Of a stretch of DNA of 64,000 bases, positions 1 through 8,649 are shown piece by piece. The notes beneath the pieces are model-generated. The model saw only the letters and a list, made by a program, of their open reading frames with translations, ran no database searches and had not been told where the DNA came from. The number at the start of each line of letters is the position of its first letter. Positions within the stretch are counted from its first letter, which is position 1. This DNA comes from Chlorokybus atmophyticus. Lineage: Eukaryota; Plantae; Mesostigma and Chlorokybus algae. The position numbers and the translations under genes are program-made. Location: NCBI GenBank assembly GCA_009103225.1, contig RHPI01000777.1, forward strand, positions 1 to 64,000, given 5' to 3'.

Positions 1-1243
1 GAGCAAGAAGATAACGCCTTACCTCCTCTGAGTGACAGTGCCACGGAGAGCGCTTGCCAGGATGTGCAGGGTGACAAAAAAAAAAAGAAGAAGGTTGTTG
101 GAACAAAGGACGTTGACAGGACCAAAAGGAAAGGTGAGGCATCGTTACAACATTAGAAGAAGCGCAGTGCCTTGAAGCCTCACTGGGGCTGACTGTGTGT
201 CCTGAGTAGGCACAGGCGGGTTTACAGCGTCAAGTGGCTGCTCAGCATCGTCCAGAGAGACAGCCGGTGCGGCACGAGCTGCCTAAGCTCAAAGCACCGA
301 CGCGCAGACGCTTTGGGGGGCTGACTCGTAGTGCAAAGGAGTTGATCACCCTACAGTACGCCCAAGACGCGCTGCATCACCGCATGCGGCATGCCTCGAG
401 GTGGGTGACGAAAGTTTGCAATAAGTGGGAGCAAACGCGGAGAANTGGTCTAAACAGACCTGTGGGGATTGGCCGTGGTTGGAACCCACACACGATATGG
501 CCATCCGTAGTACGTTGTTGCCCCTCGCCGTCCTCGATATGATGGTGTTGTTGCTGCCGCAGCACCCCGGCAATGTGCAAGAGCTATCTGCGGAGCAGAA
601 CTTCGACCTGCTGCATCAGATGTACCTGTCGATGTCGACTAATGCGGGTCGAGATGTGTGCCACTACCTGAGCAAACATACTGGGTGGCAAGTAAAACCA
701 TTCGAGCTGTACTTGGCATGCTTTGGCTGGCAGTGGCTGTATGTCATACGGCACGTCGAGCTGATTCTGTGGAAGCTCGAAGAAAATGACGATGCGGGGG
801 AGTACACGAGTGACGACAGCCATGTCGAGGGCCTGGATGAACGCATGCTGGACGAGACCACCAAGACCAGCAGGTGGTGTATGGCGGCAGATGGGCGTCA
901 GGTGATCGAGCAGGCAGTGGAGCGTTATGCTGCGCCATTCAGATGGGAGTCGCTACGCCTGCGACGCGATAACAGAGTTTGGTGGCAGAGGCAGCTTGCA
1001 CACCCGCGTGCACCATGTGTGCTGATTTGTCGCATTGAAGAGCCACCCCCCCCAGCGGATGGGGAGACGCCCTGTTGCAAGAAAGCGATGTGCCATGTCT
1101 GCATCATAGCACATCAGAAGACTGTGGCAAATAAATCAAAGAATCTACAAGCGTGTCCATTCTGCAAGCAACCTCACCCGTTTTGGTCGCCACGCCTGAT
1201 GCAAGACGCCAACGTGTCGGCGGTGATTTGGCCCCCGCCTTGA
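1..1243 (+). CDS. Multi-exon gene (5' truncated) with C-terminal RING-like zinc finger
   Basis: ORF 425-1243 ends CVLIC-x13-TPCCKKAMCHVC-x17-CPFCK, a RING-like Cys pattern. An upstream exon at 1-133 is open in frame 1, has a KKKKKK NLS-like run and ends at donor AAAG|GTGAGG. An N at 445 makes the exon structure uncertain. Confidence 0.55.
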
Positions 1244-1567
1244 TGCCAATTGTGCATGTATTGTAGTTTTGTGTTGGCTTCCTGTGAACCATGTAGGTAC
1301 ATGTATAGTTGCAGCATGGTGCATGGTGCACCAGAGATCTGCTGTTGTTAGAAGCATTGGCTGTACATGTGTATGATGACTGCCCGGCGCATGAGTCAGT
1401 GCATGGCTTGCATACCTCGCTGGTTTAGAGCGTGGTTGACAGCAACAAACTCGGACAGCGCTCTGGGTTCCATGGCATGACAGCACAGTATTACTCTACG
1501 ATCGTGGTAGTATGCGAGTATCCTTGTACTGTAGTACCATTAACAGATGGAGTACCATTCATGTTGA

Positions 1568-1591
1568 TGCAGTACCATGCATGGTACTGCA
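1568..1591. promoter_or_regulatory. Perfect 24-bp palindrome TGCAGTACCATGCATGGTACTGCA within a GTACCAT cluster
   Basis: Read directly. Lies ~130 bp upstream of the inferred methyltransferase ATG (1724), with further GTACCAT copies at ~1535-1560. Regulatory role is inference. Confidence 0.45.
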
Positions 1592-1723
1592 ATAGCGTAT
1601 AAGGTACAGTCGTGCTTCACTTGAAGTTTGACCCATTTAGGGTTCGTAAGCTGGCAACCCTAAATTGATGCCCATACCCTAAAGTCTCGCTCAGTTTGTG
1701 GGCCGTGCCGATTCCTATTTTGC

Positions 1724-3452
1724 ATGATGTCGGCGGCAGCAGTTGAATCACCCTCACTTAGGAGACCATGCTTGGTGTGCCCACAATGCAATGCGTACGT
1801 ATGTGCCAATGGCCGTAGGCAGCAAATGCGAGCACACTTGACCGAATGCCAGCGAGTGCAGACAGTGTGCCACGGTTTTAGTGCTGCTTGCTAGCATCAC
1901 ACCACACACAATGTCGACGTGTTTGGCTGCCGCCTCGGCCAAGTGCTGTGCAAGGAACCCGAGTTTTTCCATTGCGTGCAGTGCGTGTGCGAATCGTGCT
2001 CGCGCTCATGCTTCGAGTGGCGAGGGGAACCCATGCGCTTCTTCACATGGACAACACCGGGACATGTGGTTAGTGGACAGGTGGTGGATGCTGTGGAGGT
2101 AATCCACAAGAGTGGACCGCGACGTATCACTGCATGTTATGTTGGGCGTATGCTTATTTCATGCATGTTGAAGCTGTTGTCGCATTCAGAGCAGTCTTGC
2201 ACGGTGTGGGCGTGGGCAGTTCCATCCCCTGGCCGCTGTAGAGGAGGCAGACCATCGACCGTTGAACAGCGCACTGCATCGGCTGCGGAACGCAGTTAAG
2301 TTGGGATGCGAGCAGCTGATCGGTGTGAGTGTCATGGTGCATTGGCCGCTGGATGGGGAATGGTATGCGGGCGTTGTGGAATCATTCAAGCAAGCGTCAG
2401 GTCAGCATCGCTTCGTGGCGTGCGAGATTGAGGACGCATCATATATGCATGGTGCAATGGAAAATGTCTTTGCAGGGCAGCACCGTATAGTATTCGATGA
2501 CGGTGATCGACCACAAACCATCAACTTCAAAGGGCACAACGTATTCGCGTACACATCAGTTGACGGGGCACGCCATGTTCTGCGCGCCGGAGGGGAGAAC
2601 GTCAGTCGCAAAGTAAGCCCGGACGGCATCATTGTTAGTCCCTGGCCAGCACCACGGCCAGCCTTGACCACATACACGCCATTTGACAACAAGCTGGGAC
2701 GCACACGCAGACCAAGGGCACTCGACCTATTCTGCGGCGGTGGCGGTGCCAGTGTCGGTCTATACCACGCAGGCTTTGACGTGACCGGGATGGACATAAG
2801 TCCCTCCTCTGAGTACCCGCTGCCCTTCATACACCGCGATGTATGCACCCTGAGTGCAGGAGAGCTGAGCGAGTACGAGCTCATCTGGGCCAGTCCACCA
2901 TGCCAGGCCTATTCAGGTGCTATCCCGGCACCTCAACGGGCGGCACATGGCACATCCTGGAGACACCAGGATATGATACCGCTCGTCCGACGTCTGCTGC
3001 TTGCAAGCCAGGTCAAGTTTGTGATTGAGAATGTGCCAGGAGCAGCTTCCTCATTCAGACCCAATCTGTCCCTTTGTGGCACGATGTTTGGCCTATCAAC
3101 TTTCCGACACCGTCTGTTTGAGACACAGCCAGTGGTAGCTACCCCACCAGCACGCTGCTCGCACGCGGGCAAGGCAGTTGGACTGCTATCGCCGCACCTG
3201 TCCGCTAGCGCGAAGAAGACAATCGTGACATCAAACGCGCCACAGCAGATGTACCCGGTCTATGGCCTTCCAAGCACCAGGGGCGGCATTGCTGCGTGGC
3301 AAACAGCGCTGGGAGTGCCATGGATGACCTCGGCCGTTTCCATAGCGAATGCAGTTCCTCCCGCAATGGCGGAGTGCATAGGGCGTCTCATGCTTGAAAC
3401 AATGGATATGCGCTGTGACTACCCTCCTGTGTCATGGAACTATGAGGCTTGA
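1724..3452 (+). CDS. C5 cytosine DNA methyltransferase with N-terminal Cys/His zinc fingers and a Tudor/Agenet-like domain (spliced)
   Basis: ORF 2262-3452 has motif I LDLFCGGGG, IV WASPPCQAYS, VI IENVPG, VIII-like LCGTMFGLSTFRHRLFET and X NAVPPAMAECIG. A Tudor-like segment VMVHWPLDGEWYAGVVESFKQASG|QHRIVFDDGD appears after removing intron 2401-2475 (GTCAGC...TTTGCAG). Upstream frame from ATG 1724 reads CPQCNAYV...MRAHLTEC and LCKEPEFFHCVQCVCESC, with an in-frame TAG at 1892-1894. Confidence 0.85.
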
Positions 3453-3655
3453 GTGTGGTGCACTGTATTGATGCTTAATGCCACACGGCGGACTGATTGT
3501 TGAATGTTGCATGGATCATTCGATTGTGGTGACAGTTGTGCAGTGACAGCTGCCCGGTATTGTACACGTCCACATGCAAAAGTCTTAGCATACGATTAGC
3601 AATGCCTAACTGACTGATATGCTCCAAACTCAGAGTAGTGAGACAAGTACATGTG

Positions 3656-6600
3656 TCACGTGGAAGTGCAGTGAACGTTCACCCAATACTTGCCCTCTTG
3701 TACACGGGCGCTGTCCTTGTCAAACATGGGGAGCAGCTGGACAATGCCTTTTACTTGCTCCAGAGTCACGACATCGAGATGTGGACCGCCTCGACGCTTT
3801 TCCCATTCCAGAGCGATGCACTTTGTGTCGCTCGTCACATCCAGCTTCGTGTACCAGCGGACAAACACGACCTCCTTCCACACGCGCTCGCCGCTACCAC
3901 CCCACACCACCACGCGCAGAAAAAGGAGTGCCTGAGCCCACCACGTCACGTTCACACCGTCCTCATCACCTTCCAACTCAAGTGTAGAGAACCAAGGCCG
4001 CCCATGGAACATCCCAGTTGCGCGCGCCATGCTGACTCCTGATGTCATGTACACCGCTGCGCCTCCGTTCACCACGCGAACAGCACGCCACCCGTCGGCC
4101 AACTCCAGTTGTTCCCTCCTCAACCAGCTGTCCAGGGTGGCAGGCAGCTTGTCGGCAAATGGAGTCTTCAAGGCGACTTGGCGGCTACGCGCAGATCCGC
4201 TCCAGTACGGGCTGGACTCCCTCCTTGTCAGCACATCCATCCGTAGCAACTTGTCCGTCTTCTCCATGACATTACAGCACTGCTGCCGCGCCTGCGCCAT
4301 GACCGAGCGCATCTCGGGATCCACGACCATGCCATCCTCTCTCACATATTCCGCACAGCTCCATGCCTTCAGGATACGTGCCTGGTAGTCCCGGTTGTTG
4401 CCACCACGCGCCCACCGTTTGATATTTTGGGCGTGCGTCTGCTCCATGCGGTTGGCGCTGAACCAATCTGGGTGTCCACTGCTGACAATTGCCGGCCCAA
4501 AATGAGTGAGCTGATGCATCTTCTCGATCTTCCAACCTGACTTCTGTGCAGAATATGACGACAGTAGCGGATGCAACACTGCAGCTTTGAAGGCAGCCAG
4601 CTCGTTGTCGGCTGTGGTCAGGGTCTCTCTTGTGTGTTCATGCGCCTTCAGCAACTTCTTGTTCCACTGGGCAAGCGATGCGGCAGCAATGGTGAAGAAA
4701 TCGTTGCCCTCACTGTCGAGCAGCAAACCGTCTGCGAGGACCGGCAGCAGCTGCAGCACCGCCACTTTCTCCACCACCTGAAAGGAGTGGTCGGACAGGA
4801 AGAAATCTACTGTGCTTGTGGGTGCCTTGAAGTGCGAAACCCGCAGAGTCGCCTTGCATGCATTCAGCCTGTGCACATCTGCTCGTGAGCACGTGTTGTT
4901 GGCTTTTGTGTTCAACACAAAAGCAACACCAAAGACGTGCCTGGCCTGCAGAATCTGTCTCGTGGATGGACGCATTCGTTCCTTCGCGGCGTCGTACACA
5001 GCAGCAAGCAGGTGGTCAATGATGCCTCCCAGCACATGCATTGCGTCAGGGGCAAGACGAGAGTAGCAGTCAGCTCCCGGCACCCGCGACTGTCGCCAAC
5101 CCCACAGTGCATTCTGTTGCCAAACCACATTGCCTGGTTTCACGGAAAGCCATTCATCCTCACGAATGCCGGTAATTTGACCATTACCTCCTCGACATGC
5201 ATGGAGTGCTGCTCTTTGAAAGCCTTGGCTGTCTGGCGTGCATTCCTAACACCGCTATGCAGGTCCGCCCGCAGCTGACGTATTGCTGGTGTGTAGAAGG
5301 CCTCGGTTCTCAATTCCCGGTCCTCATCCATCTCCAACAGATCTGATTTGGTGACGAGACAAACATCGCAAGGATGTCGTGTTTGGTTGCCCGACACAGT
5401 GCGTGCGAGTGTGGCAGTCTCCTACAACACGACAAACTCAGATGTTCTACTGACAACATCCTCCATGCACTGTTTGCTGGCAGGCTGCATCCGGTTACAA
5501 CCATTCATGCCCACTACCTGCAAATCGCTGATGTAGTTGGCAAGCGCGGGAAACACACGACGCTCGATGCCATTCGGGTCGATGAGCTGCAGACCTTCCC
5601 AACTCGCCCGCTTCACATCCCCTAACACTACATTCAAAGCGTCATGAAAAATCTCACGTTTCCGAATGGAGAACGATTCCTTGCCCTGCGCCCAGGTGGG
5701 ATGCCCGGCCACTGCGTGAACCACCGGCAGAAGCGCTATCATAACAACCCCCATGTTGCTAGCATACATGTCCCAACTGTAGTTGGCAAGCGATGCCATC
5801 AGAGGGTAGCCAGAGCGCTTGCCCGCGCTGTCCAGCGTGGTCTTGTCACTGTACAGAATGGCATGCGCCAAGTAGGACGCTTCCCCCACCTCTCTCCTCA
5901 AATCCACCTCCACATCCTTCCACCAATCGCCCGTGGAAGGATGGCCAAAGCTGTGCTCGTCATCAGTGTACTGGAGATTGAAGCCATTGGCGGCATGTGG
6001 ATTGCCATACAACCGCGCGAGCCATACCTGCTCCGACCAAGAGCATTACTTACTATGCTGGCCTCAGAAAAGATACTGCATCGATACTGCATTAGGTACT
6101 GCATTTCACAGACCTTGGCCGGCATATATGTGACGCAGATGTCCTGATCCTCAGGGTCTCCAGGCTTGCGCAGGTTAGCCGTCACGTAGTTCTGATACGG
6201 CAGCACACTCGCATGTGCATATATGACATGGCTCTGATGGTTGAAGCACATGCACCGCACACCGTGAACACACCTCAGACTGAGAGAAAGCAATCGTGGT
6301 TTGTGGGTAGCTGGCCGCATGCACACCGGTCTCCCACTGGAGGTCTTCCGTCAGGAAGTGTGCATTTCGGATGCACTTGATGATCCGCCCCATGTCGGAG
6401 GCCGACAGGCCTTGGCCGTTGTTGCACTGCACGAATGCCACTGCAAGAGCATGCTCAGAGCCATACCACCTGGATTCCGACGCGTGCAAAGGGACGCCTC
6501 CACTTCCATGTTGGCGTGCCACAGGTTTCTCAGGCACACGCACACATTGAAAGCCCTCGTTCACTTCCTCCTCCTCCTGTTGCTGCTGTGCGTGTGTCTC

Positions 6601-6798
6601 CTGAAGGAATCTTTCAGCATCAAGCATGTGAGCATCCTGGATCGAACTCCCCGGTTCAACATGACCCGCATCGTACTGTAATGGACGCTGGCCGACATAC
6701 AGCTTGATCTGCTTGCACACCCTGCTGCTAATAATGTGCATGTAGACCGAGCTGCGTGTGGCGAAGCGCATGTGGCAATACGGACAAAGGACTCCCAT
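3656..6798 (-). CDS. Plavaka-type transposase with N-terminal C2H2 zinc finger (spliced across ORFs 6175-6798, 5422-6012, 5140-5397, 3656-5143)
   Basis: CPYCHMRFATRSSVYMHIISSRVC (C2H2); FGHPSTGDWW; AILYSDKTTLD..G..SGYPLMASLAN; HPCDVCLV; KMHQLTHF..AIVSSG.PDWFSANRMEQTH..NIK; C-terminal RATGMFHGRPWFS...VFVRWY...LDVVTLEQVKGIVQLLP...YWVN. These match my recollection of Plavaka-family motifs. GT-AG introns join the ORFs, e.g. VHVEE|NALWGW. Confidence 0.78.
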
Positions 6799-6861
6799 AT
6801 CTCACTACTAACGTCGACACAGGTGTCGCCAATGTAACCTGCATCATATCCAGCAACACGC

Positions 6862-7132
6862 ACAGCCGCCGCCGCCGCCGCCGCCGCCACCGCCACCGCC
6901 ACCGCTACCGCTACCCTTGCATGCCAGAGGCGGGAAACTTGGCCGCCAGTCACTGGCTCCGTCGTACCATTATAATGGTACGAACGAGCCATTGCACGTC
7001 CAGGGTGAGTCTCTGGATATATATATATACATATATATTCTGATTGAACCGTTTCAATGGTACGAAGATGCCTTTGCCAAAAGGTATAGGCATTGTACAA
7101 AGGTACCATTGAAATGGTACCTTTGTACAATG
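6862..7132. promoter_or_regulatory. Candidate bidirectional promoter: (GCC/ACC)n tract, 22-bp palindrome and 20-bp-stem hairpin
   Basis: (GCC)n(ACC)n at 6865-6915. TCGTACCATTATAATGGTACGA at 6962-6983. CATTGTACAAAGGTACCATT-GA-AATGGTACCTTTGTACAATG at 7091-7132. Lies between the divergent starts of the transposase (6798, -) and the coiled-coil gene (7314, +). Confidence 0.5.
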
Positions 7133-7313
7133 GCAATGGCAGTTCGTACCATTGACAACTCTGGCAATGTCAGTCCCCCTGCGCATGAAAACACCATTGA
7201 TAGCTCCGCCAAGCTATGCCCTTACAGGGGCGTGATGCCGAGGGTATGTGGCGTTTGGAAGATCGTTGGCGGCGCTGCCAGGGGCGTAGTGGGCATTGTG
7301 GTCGAGGTCCGGG

Positions 7314-8169
7314 ATGAATTCCATGTTCGCACAGGGCGGGCAGGGTGCCGGAGGGGTGTCCTCGGTGTCAAACCCCACCAAGACTACCAAGGGCACATCC
7401 AATGACAACAGTGACTCGGGCGATATCTTACAGGGCTCCCCCTCCGAGTGGGCAAAGGCACACCACAATACTGCCTCTAAGAAAATCCGACCCACCAGCA
7501 GCTGCGACCACGGCGACATGATTGAAGGCACCAAACAAGACTGGCATAACCAAGGTGGGTTACGATGCACTGTCAATGCCACATGCTAGGGTTCTTTTAT
7601 CTTGCACATGCACAGCGTCAAGTATCTTGCACTTGACATACATTGTCAATACGACATGCACACCCTCATGCACAACCTCCAGTGTCATGCACATGAACAG
7701 CATGACCAATCTCGCAAATGCACAGCCTATTTCTACTTGCGGGAGCTCACAAGTCGCAAAAGAGAAGCTGCGGAGTCAAACGAACGGGTAATCTATGACC
7801 TAGTTTAATGTTTCCAGCGGTAATTAAGCAGTATGCTTGCAGATTGCCATGTTGGTCAGAGTGAACCAAGAGCAGCGCGGCAGGCTGACTGTCTGCCTGG
7901 CGGAGTGCAACAAAGCGGAAGACGAGGTAAGCGTGTGTATGCTGATGGGCTAGTCCTCTGGCAGCACGCCACTCTTACAGCATTACCAAATGCAGGTGGT
8001 CACTCTCAAAGCGACCATCAAGCGCATGCGCGTGCACGGCGAGGCGCTGACATTCAAGCTGAAGGACGAAGTAGCCGCTGTACTGTCAGCGAGCGAGGCA
8101 GCGGATGAAGATGACTCCGGCGTTGAAGCAGAAGACTCGTCGGAGGAGGAACAGGAGGAGGGGGTTTGA
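7314..8169 (+). CDS. Four-exon hypothetical protein with coiled-coil middle and acidic C-terminal tail, divergent from the transposase
   Basis: Canonical splice sites join in phase: ...WHNQ(G|CC)AYFYLRELTSRKREAAESNER|IAMLVRVNQEQRGRLTVCLAECNKAEDE|VVTLKATIKRMRVHGEALTFKLKDEVAAVLSASEAADEDDSGVEAEDSSEEEQEEGV*. No recognisable family; start codon uncertain. Confidence 0.55.
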
Positions 8170-8649
8170 GGAGGAGTTCTTAGGCATGCACCACGGGTTG
8201 ACAAGCTGCGCATGAGTCCGACAGCTAGACTCAATGTTATAGGATAGTTTCATGCGCAAGTCGGCTGCTCAGTTGTGAGTGGACATACTCTCACCACTGC
8301 CCGTACATTGTATATATTGTGGGCTTTTAGGTGCAAGACCAAACAATCAGTCCAAGGTTTGTACAAGCTGCATGGCATGTTAGTGTTGGCTTACGGCAAG
8401 AATTGCCAACTTTTGTCAAATGGCAAGGGTCACATATTAACAGCAGTGTAACGGCAAAGAAACTGCCGGCTATGGCTGTCAGCTGTCCGTAACTACCGGT
8501 TAACGGCCGTCTGTGCACATCGACCAAAGGGTAACTGGTTGACAACTCTCGGCCGGTTAGTGCCACTGACAACCACTTTCGGCCCGCGGCCGTCTGCGTC
8601 AGTCCACTTAAGCCAACGGCAAACCCAACAGTCCAAAAGTAATATATCA

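Larger units (their letters stand above)
1..8645. mobile_element. Putative large Plavaka-type (CACTA-related) DNA transposon with cargo genes; left end outside window, right end approximate
   Basis: Transposase gene flanked by three non-housekeeping genes (RING, C5-MTase, coiled-coil). Shared GTACCAT palindromes lie upstream of the genes. A (A)CGGCCG-rich subterminal-like region at ~8440-8645 contains a candidate CACTA-type end (GGTTAGTG ending at 8562). Boundaries and TSD cannot be verified. Confidence 0.55.

Noticed and set aside
7590-7730. KDZ-transposase-like words (LDIHCQY, CHAHEQ) in ORF 7602-7808
   Set aside because: This stretch lies inside a clean GT-AG intron (CAAG|GTGGGT...GCACAG|CC) of the 7314-8169 gene and has the TGCA-rich composition of local introns.
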